Positions 37,300 to 47,356 are shown, counted from the stretch's first letter. The stretch: DNA of 64,000 nt from Candidatus Aldehydirespiratoraceae bacterium (GCA_965198365.1 OZ240617.1:835938-899937), one strand, 5' to 3'. Notes: generated by a model not told the origin, from the sequence alone. Made by a program: numbers and translations.

Positions 37300-39157
37300 T
37301 CTTGTCTACGACACAGTGGCTTCGTTTGCTGCGGGGCTGGTGGAACACGGTGTGACCGATGTGGTGATCAGCCCAGGCTCGCGGTCAACGGCTTTGGCTC
37401 TTACGTTGCATGCCCAACCCAAGCTCCGCACCTGGATTCAGCTCGACGAACGATCAGCAGGATTCTTTGCGCTCGGCCAAGCCCGCCGCACGGGTCGGCC
37501 CTCGGTTCTGGTGTGCACCTCGGGCACCGCGGCGGCGAACTACTTTCCGGCCATCATCGAAGCACACCACGCGGGTGTACCGATGATCGTCTGTACTGCC
37601 GACCGCCCCCCAGAGTTGCGCGACTGGGGATCGCACCAAACCATTGATCAAGTCAAGATTTATGGTGCCACTACCCGTTGGGCAGCCGATCTGGCAGTCG
37701 CCGGTGAGTGGTCTCCGACTCAGGGCCAGCTCGTCGCGCATCGTGCTGTGGTCTCGGCCACTGGGATCAACCCGGGTCCGGTCCATCTCAACTGGCCCCT
37801 GCGCGAACCGCTAGAGCCGCTTGCTGCGGTTCCGGTGGTTGAGGCACCAAATCGGGGGGCTCCGGTTTCGCCCGGCGAGAGCACGGCGCTCGGCGATGGC
37901 ACCCTGGGGGCTCCGGCTACGCCCGGCGAAGGCACCGCGGGGGCTCCGGTTACGCCCGGCGAGAGCAACGCGCTCGGCGATGGCATCCTGGGGGCTCCGG
38001 CTACGCCCGGCGAAGGCAACGAGCCCGACGGTAGCACCGCATTAGCAGACTTACAGTCACACGAGCGGGGTGTGATCATTGTCGGCCCCGATGCCGCCAG
38101 CGGAATCGAGGCTCAGAACGAAGTCGTTTCCGCCGCATTGAAGCTGAGCGCTGCGACTGCATGGCCGGTCATTGGTGAACCAATCTCCGGCACACGACGC
38201 GCTCGTGGCGATTCGGTTGGGACGGTGATTGCCAACGCCGATCACATACTTCGCCACGCCGATATTGCTGCAGAACTCGCTCCTGATGTGGTGATTCGGC
38301 TGGGAGGGACCCCGACCACGAAACCTCTACGGCTGTGGCTTGAAGCACACCGGCCCGAACACATGCTCCTGGTCGATCCAGCAAATCGCTGGAATGACCC
38401 CTCGTCTATAGTCACGCAACACGCAGCCGCAGACCCGGTAGCGGTGCTGAGGGCGGCTGGGCGGGTCGTGCGCCAAGGTTCGACCTGGTGTGAGCACTGG
38501 AAGGAACTGGATCGGATCGCTGGTCGGGTCATCAGCGATGAGATCGAGCGAGGTCCATTGCTCAGCGCTCTTGTTACCTCGGTGTTGGCCGAGGCGGTGC
38601 CCGCTGGGACTTTGTTGATGGCCTCCAACTCCATGCCAGTACGCGAACTCGACTCGTTTGTCACGACCGAAGGTTCCCGCATCGATTTCGTCGGCAACCG
38701 CGGTGCCAGTGGCATCGACGGCGTCACCTCAACGGCTTTGGGTTTGGCATCGCAACACGACGGTCCTGTGGTGCTCTACATAGGCGATCTTGCCCTGCTG
38801 CACGATCTCGGAGCCCTGTTCGGTGCAGCTCGCTGCGGCCTGCATCTGACGGTCGTGTGTGTTGACAACAACGGCGGAGGCATCTTCTCGTCGCTTCCGA
38901 TTGCGTCTCGCGGTAGCGAGGTGGACTTCGAGACGCTCTTTCGAACTCCCCACGGACTCAATCTGGCCGGCTTCGACGGTGTTGGTGGGGTCCGCATCAG
39001 TGAGGTGACCTCAGCCTCGGAGTTTGCCGAGACACTGCGCTCGGCCTGCGAGAGCGACACGCCCGGTGTGGATGTTGTACTCGTTTCGGTAGATCCCGAT
39101 GCCGATCTCGCCCAACACCGAGCCGTCGTCAGCGCCGTGAACGCCGCCATCTCGTGA
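37289..39157 (+). CDS. menD: SEPHCHC synthase (2-succinyl-5-enolpyruvyl-6-hydroxy-3-cyclohexene-1-carboxylate synthase) with repeat insertion
   Basis: VISPGSRSTALAL, CTSGTAAANYFPAIIEA and the ThDP motif GDLALLHDLG...NNGGGIF. GTG 37289 overlaps the menF stop. Confidence 0.85.
   Translation: MATDLVYDTVASFAAGLVEHGVTDVVISPGSRSTALALTLHAQPKLRTWIQLDERSAGFFALGQARRTGRPSVLVCTSGTAAANYFPAIIEAHHAGVPMIVCTADRPPELRDWGSHQTIDQVKIYGATTRWAADLAVAGEWSPTQGQLVAHRAVVSATGINPGPVHLNWPLREPLEPLAAVPVVEAPNRGAPVSPGESTALGDGTLGAPATPGEGTAGAPVTPGESNALGDGILGAPATPGEGNEPDGSTALADLQSHERGVIIVGPDAASGIEAQNEVVSAALKLSAATAWPVIGEPISGTRRARGDSVGTVIANADHILRHADIAAELAPDVVIRLGGTPTTKPLRLWLEAHRPEHMLLVDPANRWNDPSSIVTQHAAADPVAVLRAAGRVVRQGSTWCEHWKELDRIAGRVISDEIERGPLLSALVTSVLAEAVPAGTLLMASNSMPVRELDSFVTTEGSRIDFVGNRGASGIDGVTSTALGLASQHDGPVVLYIGDLALLHDLGALFGAARCGLHLTVVCVDNNGGGIFSSLPIASRGSEVDFETLFRTPHGLNLAGFDGVGGVRISEVTSASEFAETLRSACESDTPGVDVVLVSVDPDADLAQHRAVVSAVNAAIS
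37856..38023 (+). repeat. in-frame higher-order tandem repeat, 84 bp x2 (51-bp + 33-bp subunits), sharing a 22-nt core with the 20.5-kb and 14.7-kb repeats
   Basis: ggctccggctacgcccggcgaa at 37909-37930 and 37993-38014 is the exact reverse complement of ttcgccgggcgtagccggagcc in the other two loci. Confidence 0.9.
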
Positions 39158-39170
39158 ACATGGTCAGCGC

Positions 39171-39986
39171 GTGAACATGATCAGCGTCGCTTCAGGGGTG
39201 GACCTCCATGTTGAGCGACGGGGGAGCGGGCCGCCGGTGGTTCTGCTGCATGGTTTCACGGGCGATGGCACCACGATGGACGGCTTGGCTCCGGGGCTCG
39301 AGGCCGTTGCCGAGGTGATACTTCCAGACTTGGTCGGCCACGGTCGCAGCAGTGTCCCTGGCGATCAACGGGACTATTCGGTTGATGCGATGGCCGCGCA
39401 CATTGCAGCAATTGGCGAGGAGTGTGCGAGTGGCTCGTTCCATCTCGTCGGCTATTCGATGGGCGGGAGGGTGGCGCTGACACTTGCTTGTCGGAATCCG
39501 GAGTTGTTGCGCTCGCTCACGCTTTTAGGGGCATCGGCGGGCCTTGCCAGCGAAGCTGAACGTGCCGACCGGCGGGAGTCCGACCACGAGTTGGCCGAGA
39601 GCATTGAGCGCGATGGCCTGGAGACGTTCGTCGACCGTTGGATGGCGAATCCGCTATTTGCCACGCAGGCACGTCTCGGTGTGGACTTCTTGGCGGCTTC
39701 GCGAGCGCAGCGGTTGCGCAACTCAGCGGCAGGGTTGGCCCGAAGCCTGCGCGCCGCCGGCACCGGCATGATGGCACCGCTACACGATGATCTCAGGTCT
39801 TGTGCGGTTCCCACCGTGTTCGTTGTCGGTGCCGAAGACCCGAAGTTCACCTGGATCGCCGTCGAACTGGCTGCCCGGATGCCAACAGCCGATATTTCCG
39901 TGATTGACAATGCAGGCCATGCTGCGCATCTTGAGCAACCCGACGCGGTCGCTGCCGTTATTCGTCGACAAATGGACTTGGATTGA
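39171..39986 (+). CDS. menH: alpha/beta hydrolase, SHCHC synthase-like
   Basis: VVLLHGFTG, GYSMGGRVAL, and its position between menD and menC. Confidence 0.7.
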   Translation: MNMISVASGVDLHVERRGSGPPVVLLHGFTGDGTTMDGLAPGLEAVAEVILPDLVGHGRSSVPGDQRDYSVDAMAAHIAAIGEECASGSFHLVGYSMGGRVALTLACRNPELLRSLTLLGASAGLASEAERADRRESDHELAESIERDGLETFVDRWMANPLFATQARLGVDFLAASRAQRLRNSAAGLARSLRAAGTGMMAPLHDDLRSCAVPTVFVVGAEDPKFTWIAVELAARMPTADISVIDNAGHAAHLEQPDAVAAVIRRQMDLD

Positions 39987-41140
39987 CCGTGGGCCTGTCC
40001 ACCGAACTGCGGGACTACCGACTTGGCCTGGTGTCGCCCCTAGTCACCGCTCACGGTGTTTTTCGCCACCGAGCAGGCGTATTGATTTCGATCAGCGATG
40101 GGACACATGTCGGCTGGGGTGAAGCCGCCCCGTTGCCAGGTTGGTCACGAGAATCGCTCAGCGATTGCAAGATGACACTGGAGTCCGCCACCTCCCGGCT
40201 GGCGCACCTCGACAGCGTCGATGATCCTCGCCTGGCAGCGATTCTCGCTGAACTCGAGGCTCGACCCCATGCCCGCGCGGCGCTGGCTGGAGCCGCCTTC
40301 GATCTGCTCGCCCGCAGACACCGAGTGAGTGTCGCATCGCTGCTCCAAGCGCATCCCAGACTCGGATCGACTTCTCCAGTTTCGTCGGCAGCGGAACCAG
40401 AAGCACCGCGTTCGGCCCTGGTCAACGGCCTGATCTCGCAGCGTCAACCAGAAGCACCGCGTTCGGTGCTGGTCAACGGGTTGATTTCAGACGCTCATCC
40501 CGAAGCAGTGGCCACGAATGCGGCTGGGTTGGCACTTGAGGGCATCACCGCGGTCAAGCTGAAGGTCGCCGCCGCAGACCCGCGCACCGACCTAGCCCGA
40601 GTATCGGCGGCACGATCAGCAATAGGCGACGACATTGAACTGCGCCTCGACGCCAACGGTGGCTGGGACGTCGACACCGCCATCGCCACCTTGCACAAGA
40701 TGGCCGGCTACAACATCGCCTTCTGCGAGGAACCCACCGCCGGCATTGATGGCATTGCCGCAGTCGGTGCCGCGAGTGCGGTGCCCGTTGCCGTAGACGA
40801 GTCGGCGGTAAACCTCAGCGACATCGCCGTTGCGTTGAAAACAAACTCAATCAGGGTCATGATCGTGAAGCCACAGGCCCTCGGCGGACCAGACTTGGCG
40901 CTGGCCGCGGTGGCACTGATCGAAGAGTTCGGCGCTGATGCGGTGGTCACCACCATGATCGACAGCGCCATCGGCGTGGCACACGCTGCCCATGTCGCTG
41001 CGGCTGCTCTTCCACAGCAGGTTCACGGCTTGGCCACCTCAATTTTGCTGGCCAACGATGTAGCCCCCCGCCTCAAAATAACGGCCGGTCGAATGCACCT
41101 CCCCGAGGTCGCCGGCTTGGGCGTGTCTCCCAATTTCTGA
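39983..41140 (+). CDS. menC: o-succinylbenzoate synthase (enolase superfamily)
   Basis: KLKV, LRLDANGGW, FCEEP and VAVDES metal/catalytic motif series. Operon context supports the call. Confidence 0.75.
   Translation: MTVGLSTELRDYRLGLVSPLVTAHGVFRHRAGVLISISDGTHVGWGEAAPLPGWSRESLSDCKMTLESATSRLAHLDSVDDPRLAAILAELEARPHARAALAGAAFDLLARRHRVSVASLLQAHPRLGSTSPVSSAAEPEAPRSALVNGLISQRQPEAPRSVLVNGLISDAHPEAVATNAAGLALEGITAVKLKVAAADPRTDLARVSAARSAIGDDIELRLDANGGWDVDTAIATLHKMAGYNIAFCEEPTAGIDGIAAVGAASAVPVAVDESAVNLSDIAVALKTNSIRVMIVKPQALGGPDLALAAVALIEEFGADAVVTTMIDSAIGVAHAAHVAAAALPQQVHGLATSILLANDVAPRLKITAGRMHLPEVAGLGVSPNF
40394..40495 (+). repeat. in-frame tandem duplication, 51 bp x2 (PEAPRS(A/V)LVNGLIS...)
   Basis: The two adjacent units differ at a handful of positions. 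Confidence 0.9.
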
Positions 41141-41190
41141 GGCCTAGGCGTGATCCCTGTTTCGGGTACACCTGGGGCTGTGGTTCGGGG

Positions 41191-42042
41191 ATGGAAATAC
41201 TTGAGCGTCCGAAACCGTTTGTTGGGGGAATTGACTTTGGTGAGGGGCCGCGCTGGCACGACGGCCGCTTGTGGTTCTCGGACTTTTATCAGCACGCTGT
41301 GAAGGCTGCATCGCTTGACGGATCGTTTGAGGTCGTGCTTGAGATGTCGGGACAGCCATCAGGTTTGGGTTGGCTTCCAGACGGTGACCTGTTGCTGGTG
41401 TCGATGCTGGACCGGAAAGTGCTGCGCTACGACGGGACCCAATTGCACGAACACGCCGATCTGTCCGAAGTGGCCACGTTCCACTGCAACGACATGGTTG
41501 TGGACGCCCAAGGCCGCGCCTACGTGGGCAATTTCGGCTCCGATCTCCATGCCGGCGACCCCATCACCCCTGCCACGCTGGCCTTGGTGCAACCCGACGG
41601 CACGGTGGAAGCCTCGGCAGGCGATTTGATGTTCCCCAACGGGTCGGTCATCACTCCCGACGGGAGCACCCTCATCGTGGGTGAGAGTTTCGGTGGGGAG
41701 TTCAAAGCGTTCGACATCGGCGAGGCTGGTCGTCTCTCCAACCGGAGAGTGTGGGCCGCAGTTCCCGGCACCGCCCCCGACGGCTGCTGTTACGACGCTG
41801 AAGGCGGGATCTGGTTCGCTGACGCCATGGGAAATGCGGCCCTTCGGGTCCTCGAAGGCGGCGAGATCACTCATCGAGACGAGACCGAACAGGGCTGCTT
41901 TGCCTGCATGTTGGGCGGCGAGGACAGACGCACGCTGTTCCTGGTGACGGCACCGGACTCGCATCCGGACCGCGTGGCTGGCACCGGTGCGGGACGCATC
42001 GACACAGTACGCGTGGAGGTTCCCGGAGCCGGCCTGCCGTAG
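41191..42042 (+). CDS. SMP-30/gluconolactonase/LRE family protein
   Basis: GEGPRWHDGRLWFSD, PSGLGWLPDG, FPNG, PDG. Confidence 0.75.
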   Translation: MEILERPKPFVGGIDFGEGPRWHDGRLWFSDFYQHAVKAASLDGSFEVVLEMSGQPSGLGWLPDGDLLLVSMLDRKVLRYDGTQLHEHADLSEVATFHCNDMVVDAQGRAYVGNFGSDLHAGDPITPATLALVQPDGTVEASAGDLMFPNGSVITPDGSTLIVGESFGGEFKAFDIGEAGRLSNRRVWAAVPGTAPDGCCYDAEGGIWFADAMGNAALRVLEGGEITHRDETEQGCFACMLGGEDRRTLFLVTAPDSHPDRVAGTGAGRIDTVRVEVPGAGLP

Positions 42043-42153
42043 GCGCAAGTTGTCTTTGGTCAACCCGGCCAGGTTTCACCCGAAGGCAACACTGGACTTG
42101 CGTACGAGTCTGGGTTTCGCTGAACGGGTGTTGTCGCCGTAAGGTGCATACCC

Positions 42154-42762
42154 GTGGATTTGATCATTGTTCGACACGCCCGACCGACACGTCACGAAGT
42201 TGATGGTGAACATGAGACGGCTGATCCGCCGTTGTCAGAACTCGGCCATCAGCAAGCCAAGCGAACCGCCGAGTACCTGAAGAACGAGGGAATCGACCAC
42301 ATTGTCGCGTCGACGATGAGGCGTGCGCACGAAACGGCGATGCCATTGGCTGACCTACTCGGCCTTGAAATCGAACTGATCGACGATCTCAAGGAGTCGG
42401 ACCACAAGAACAAGGCGTATATACCGGTCGAGGAGATGGACGCCGACGGCGCCGACGCCGCCAAAATCCTGGAAGGCGACATCCACGCGAACCTCTTCAG
42501 CGACGGGTTCGACGCCTTCGAGGAACGTGTAGTGGGTGCTTTCAATCATGTGATCGAGTCCAACCGGTCCAAGACGGTTGTGGCGTTCTGCCATGGGATG
42601 ACCACGATGGTGTTCCTGCGATCCATTCTCAAGTTCCCGGACCCACTGGCGATGATCGTCGACTACTGCAGCATCACCCGGGTGCGGGCAGCATTTGTCG
42701 GTATTCGGTCGGTTCGCTCCATCAACGAAACGCATCATGTGCGGGATCTGATCGATTGGTGA
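42154..42762 (+). CDS. histidine phosphatase family protein
   Basis: IIVRHARP, PLSELGHQQA, STMRRAHETA, CHG. Confidence 0.75.
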   Translation: MDLIIVRHARPTRHEVDGEHETADPPLSELGHQQAKRTAEYLKNEGIDHIVASTMRRAHETAMPLADLLGLEIELIDDLKESDHKNKAYIPVEEMDADGADAAKILEGDIHANLFSDGFDAFEERVVGAFNHVIESNRSKTVVAFCHGMTTMVFLRSILKFPDPLAMIVDYCSITRVRAAFVGIRSVRSINETHHVRDLIDW

Positions 42763-42792
42763 AACGGTGAACCCAGCGAAATCTGTGGGCTG

Positions 42793-43734
42793 ATGAAAGT
42801 CGTTCGGGTCATCGATGGGAAACCGACGCTGACTGACGCGCCGATGCCCGCTGATCCGAACCAGTTTCGGGTGAAGGTGGCCGCGGTAGGCATATGCGGT
42901 TCAGACCTTCACATGATCGATAACGGAATGGCCGAAGGGCGGGTGCTTGGCCACGAAATCTCTGTATATCTCGACGACAGCACGCCTGTGGCCGTCGAAC
43001 CGCTGCGTTCGTGCGGTCATTGCGGGAACTGCAAAGAAGGCGAACGGCATCGCTGCGATGCTGGCGCAGACATCATCGGCGTGTTCAGCGACGGAGGCAT
43101 GGGCGAGTACCTGTTGGCACCCGCAGAAGCCCTGGTACGGCTGCCGAGTGGGATCAAGGTGACCGATGCCTCGCTAGTTGAGAATCTGGCTGTGGCGGTT
43201 CACGCGGTAAACCGGACTCGGATGCAAACCTCCGAACGGGTCGGGATCATTGGAGCCGGTCCTATTGGCTTGGCGACAGCAGCGGTTTTGCGACAGGCAG
43301 GGTTCGATGCCGATATCAGCGCTCGCCACGATCATCAAGCAGCCGCAGCCCAGTCGGTAGGAGCCAACGTCGGGGTTGGCGACGGTTACGACGCGGTCTT
43401 TGATGCTGTCGGTTCCACGTCTTCGCTGCTTGAATCAGTGAAGCGATGCAGATATGGGGGGCGGGTTTGCATGGTTGGTTCGTTTTGGGACCCGGTGGAA
43501 CTCGACATGACGATCCTCATGCAGGAGGCGACGCTGATTCCGGCGATGATGTACAGCCAGACCGCGGCGGGACGCGAGATTTCCAGCGCGGCTGCGCTGC
43601 TGTCGGAAATGCCTCAACTCGGCGATGCCCTGATCTCGCACCGGTATCCACTCGACGGTGCAAAGGAGGCGTTCGCCGCGGCGCGGGATCGTTCCTCAGG
43701 TGCCATCAAGGTTGTCTTCGAGCCACACGGATGA
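42793..43734 (+). CDS. zinc-type medium-chain alcohol dehydrogenase/reductase
   Basis: GICGSDLH, GHE, CGHCGNCKEG, GAGPIG. Confidence 0.8.
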   Translation: MKVVRVIDGKPTLTDAPMPADPNQFRVKVAAVGICGSDLHMIDNGMAEGRVLGHEISVYLDDSTPVAVEPLRSCGHCGNCKEGERHRCDAGADIIGVFSDGGMGEYLLAPAEALVRLPSGIKVTDASLVENLAVAVHAVNRTRMQTSERVGIIGAGPIGLATAAVLRQAGFDADISARHDHQAAAAQSVGANVGVGDGYDAVFDAVGSTSSLLESVKRCRYGGRVCMVGSFWDPVELDMTILMQEATLIPAMMYSQTAAGREISSAAALLSEMPQLGDALISHRYPLDGAKEAFAAARDRSSGAIKVVFEPHG

Positions 43735-43770
43735 GCGTGAATCTCGAGCGAAGCAACCTATGATCTCACC

Positions 43771-44616
43771 GTGTCGGGCATGGTCTCTCTGGTAGTGATG
43801 GCAGCGGGTCTCGGCTCGCGTTTCGGTGGCACCAAGCAACTCGCGGTTGTCGGCGCTGACGGCGAGGCGTTTGTCGACTTCGCGATCCGCGACGCGGACG
43901 ATGCCGGAGTCGGCAGGGTCGTGCTCATTGTCCGCAGCGACATCAAAGACGATGTGCAACGCCATATCGGTGACCGTTACGGAGACCTTGAGATCAGCTA
44001 TGTCTGCCAGGACGAGCACGGACCGCCACGCGCTAAACCGTGGGGGACCGCTCACGCGGTGTTAGCCGCGGCCTCCGATGTGGATGGCCCTTTTGTTGTG
44101 TGCAATGCCGATGACTACTACGGCCGCTCCACATATGAGTCTGTGGTCGCTCGAACCAGCGGACTCCAGGCGGGGAGTGCACTGCTTGCTGGGTTTCGTT
44201 TGGACTTGACCCTGCCCGAGGTCGGCGAGGTCAGCCGGGGCATTTGCACGGTCGAGGGGGACGAACTTGTGTCGCTGGTCGAAACCCATGGCATCGGCCA
44301 GCAGCAAGACGGATCCATCAGCGCAACTGAGCCACCCGGACTGCTGGCTTCCGATGCGGTCGTGTCCATGAACTTCTGGGCTTTTCCAGAGCAGATCTTC
44401 GACCATCTCGAAGCAGGGTATGAGAGGTTCATGCGCCGATACGGCAACGACGAGAAAGCGGAGTTTCTGCTTCCATCGATGGTCGATGAACTCATGGCTT
44501 CCTCTCAGTTGACAGTGGGGGTGATCCCCACCACCGAAGCGTGGGTCGGAGTGACCAACCCCGACGACCTAGAGATCGCCCGCCGCCGCATAAGCCAACT
44601 CCGCGCCAGCCGATAG
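43771..44616 (+). CDS. sugar-phosphate nucleotidyltransferase family protein
   Basis: VVMAAGLGSRFGGTKQL, KPWGTAHAV, CNADDYYG. Confidence 0.7.
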   Translation: MSGMVSLVVMAAGLGSRFGGTKQLAVVGADGEAFVDFAIRDADDAGVGRVVLIVRSDIKDDVQRHIGDRYGDLEISYVCQDEHGPPRAKPWGTAHAVLAAASDVDGPFVVCNADDYYGRSTYESVVARTSGLQAGSALLAGFRLDLTLPEVGEVSRGICTVEGDELVSLVETHGIGQQQDGSISATEPPGLLASDAVVSMNFWAFPEQIFDHLEAGYERFMRRYGNDEKAEFLLPSMVDELMASSQLTVGVIPTTEAWVGVTNPDDLEIARRRISQLRASR

Positions 44617-44717
44617 TGCTGGGTTGCACAGCGAATGCTGGGGTACACAGTGCCAACGGGTAGGGTCTGATGCGCATTGTCACATCTGAGCGAGGCTGTT
44701 AAGCCACAGGAGAGCGC

Positions 44718-46160
44718 ATGCGTGGCATCATCGCCGCCGGGGTCCACGTTCCACATCACCGTCTTGATCGACGGGAGATCGCGGCGCTTTTCGGCAAGGG
44801 CGGAGGACAGGGAACTCGCTCGGTGGCGTCCTACGACGAGGACACCACAACCATGGGCGCAGAGGCGGCTCGCAACGCACTGCGCAACGCCACCGACGTC
44901 GCCGTGGAATCTCTCTGGTTCGCCACATCCACACCGGCGTACCTCGAAAAGACCAACGCCACAGCCATCCACGCGGCGCTTCGTTTGGCTCCGGCGGTGG
45001 GTGCGCTCGACATGGGCGGAGCGCTTCGCTCTGGTATCGGAACGCTACGCACGGCGCTGTCCGGGTTGGGCACAACCCTGGTCGTGTCGTCCGATATTCG
45101 CGACGGCATGGCCACCTCGAACGACGAAGCGACAGGCGGTGATGGAGCCGCGGCGCTACTAGTCGGTGACGACACCGCGGGCACGGTGATCGCGGAGTAT
45201 CTCGGTTCCGGCATTGCCACCGATGAACTTCTGGAACGTTGGCGGATTCCGGGCGCGGCACGTTCGCGGGTATGGGAGGAACGATTCGGTGAGATCGCTT
45301 ATGCGCCGTTGATGCAAGAAGCGTTCGCTGCGGCCTTGGCCGCGGCTGGCATCAGCAGCGATGACGTTGACCACTTGGCCTTAACCGGAATGCACAGCCG
45401 CGCGGTTAGACGCAACCGGGTGTTACTGGGAGTTCCGGCGGAGAAGATGGTCGACGACTTGGCAAACACGGTCGGCAATACCGGCACCGCTCACGGCGCT
45501 TTGATGCTCGCGTCAGCGCTTGAGGTAGCAGGCCCCAACGAGATCATCGTGCTCGTTGTGCTTGCCGATGGTGTGGAAGCCGTAGTGCTGCGAACCACCG
45601 AAGCCATTGTGGATCATCGTGGGTCCGCGGCGGTTTCGACCCAGATCGCGACGGGTGGAGCGGTGAGCTACGGCAAGTATTTGTCGTGGCGCCAGATGGT
45701 GGCGGTTGAGCCTCCAAACCGACCGGCACCCAATCGGCCTTCAGCGAGCGCTGCTCACCGCCGTGAAGCGTGGAAGTTTGGTTTCGTGGGCACACGCGAT
45801 CGGTCCAGTCAGATGGTTCATCTCCCGCCTGCGCGGGTGTCGGAAAAGGGCGGCGCCGTTGACGACATGGAACCAATAGCTATGGCCGACACGGAGGGCA
45901 CGATCGCCAGTTTCACCGTCGACAAATTGGTGTATTCGCCGAGCCCGCCGGTGGTGTTCGCGGTGGTTGATTTCGACGGCGGAGGGCGAGTTCCGCTCGA
46001 ACTAACCGATGTCGCTGCCGACGAAGTTGAGGTTGGCTGGCGTGTTGAACCGACCTTCAGGCGGCTGTACACGAGCGACGAGATCCACAACTACTTTTGG
46101 AAAGTGCGACCAGTTCGCGATGCTGGCCAAAACAGTGCCGGTACGCCCCAGGAGAGCTGA
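44718..46160 (+). CDS. HMG-CoA-synthase-like (thiolase-fold) domain fused to a DUF35 OB-fold domain; no cysteines
   Basis: The N-terminus resembles HMGCS (SYDEDTTTMG, GDGAAALLV, NTGTA). The C-terminus has the DUF35 OB-fold pattern (GTIASFTV...VVFAVVDFDGGGRV...EVGWRVEP). The translation contains no Cys at all. Confidence 0.7.
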   Translation: MRGIIAAGVHVPHHRLDRREIAALFGKGGGQGTRSVASYDEDTTTMGAEAARNALRNATDVAVESLWFATSTPAYLEKTNATAIHAALRLAPAVGALDMGGALRSGIGTLRTALSGLGTTLVVSSDIRDGMATSNDEATGGDGAAALLVGDDTAGTVIAEYLGSGIATDELLERWRIPGAARSRVWEERFGEIAYAPLMQEAFAAALAAAGISSDDVDHLALTGMHSRAVRRNRVLLGVPAEKMVDDLANTVGNTGTAHGALMLASALEVAGPNEIIVLVVLADGVEAVVLRTTEAIVDHRGSAAVSTQIATGGAVSYGKYLSWRQMVAVEPPNRPAPNRPSASAAHRREAWKFGFVGTRDRSSQMVHLPPARVSEKGGAVDDMEPIAMADTEGTIASFTVDKLVYSPSPPVVFAVVDFDGGGRVPLELTDVAADEVEVGWRVEPTFRRLYTSDEIHNYFWKVRPVRDAGQNSAGTPQES

Positions 46161-47353
46161 TGGGATCACACGGAATAAAGGACCAGGTCGCGATCATTGG
46201 TGTGGGATGCACACGCTTCGCCGAGCACTGGGACTCCTCGCTCGACGACCTGATTATCGACGGCGCTCAAGCCACCTACGCCTCAGCCGGAGTGGCCCAA
46301 GACGACATCGATGCTTTCTGGTTCGGAACGTCACAGTCGGCAGCGTCGGGTTTGGCCATGGGTGGACCGCTCAAGATTCACGGCAAGCCGATCACCCGTG
46401 TGGAGAACTATTGCGCCACCGGTTCTGAGGCGATGCGCCAAGCTGCCTACGCGGTTGCCTCCGGAGCGTATGACTTAGTGATGACATTGGGTGCCGAAAA
46501 GGTGAAAGACGGTGGTTACCAAGGCCTCAACGCCTTCCCCATCCCAACCGACGGAACTCAGCGAACGCTCACCGCGGCGGCCATGTTCAGCTTGATTCTT
46601 CCCGCCTACGCGGCCAAATACTCCATCGATGAAGACGATCTGCGTTACGCCGTAGCCAAAATTGCTGAGAAGAACCACTACAACGGCGCCCGCAACCCGC
46701 TGGCGCAGTTCCGGCGCGAGACATCCGCTGAGCAGATCTGTCAGATGGCGGCGGTGGCGGGACGGCTGTCGGTGTTCGACTGCGCGGGTGTCGCTGACGG
46801 GGCCGCAGGTGTGATCATGTGCCGTGCCGAAGATGCCCACAGATATTGCGACGATCCGCTGTACATCAAGGCGCTTTCGTGTGTGGCCGGTACCGGTGCC
46901 GGATCGCTTGACCCCGACTATGACTACACCACGCTCAACGAGTCGAAATGGGCGGCCGACGATGCCTACTCGCAGGCTGACATCACCGACCCCACAGCCG
47001 AGATCGCCATGGCTGAGGTGCACGATTGCTTCACGCCAACCGAACTCGTGTTGATGGAAGACCTCGGCTTCTCCGAACGAGGCGGGGCCTATCGCGATGT
47101 GCTTGACGGCGCATTCGCGCTGGATGGCCGTCTACCGGTCAACACCGACGGGGGCCTCAAGTCTTTCGGCCATCCAGTCGGAGCATCGGGCCTCCGAATG
47201 CTCTATGAGGTTTGGCTGCAACTACGAGGTGCCGCCCCCGATGATCGCAAGATCCCGGCTAGTGACCGGACCCTCGGTTTGACCCACAACCTAGGTGGTT
47301 ACCCAGGGGAGATGGTCAGTTTTGTCGGGATCTACGGCACCGAACTCGGCTGA
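46160..47353 (+). CDS. SCP-x/nonspecific lipid-transfer-type thiolase
   Basis: VAIIGVGCTRF, the active-site ENYCATGSEA, and NTDGGLKSFGHPVGASG. The ATG overlaps the upstream TGA. Confidence 0.8.
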   Translation: MGSHGIKDQVAIIGVGCTRFAEHWDSSLDDLIIDGAQATYASAGVAQDDIDAFWFGTSQSAASGLAMGGPLKIHGKPITRVENYCATGSEAMRQAAYAVASGAYDLVMTLGAEKVKDGGYQGLNAFPIPTDGTQRTLTAAAMFSLILPAYAAKYSIDEDDLRYAVAKIAEKNHYNGARNPLAQFRRETSAEQICQMAAVAGRLSVFDCAGVADGAAGVIMCRAEDAHRYCDDPLYIKALSCVAGTGAGSLDPDYDYTTLNESKWAADDAYSQADITDPTAEIAMAEVHDCFTPTELVLMEDLGFSERGGAYRDVLDGAFALDGRLPVNTDGGLKSFGHPVGASGLRMLYEVWLQLRGAAPDDRKIPASDRTLGLTHNLGGYPGEMVSFVGIYGTELG

Positions 47354-47356
47354 TCC

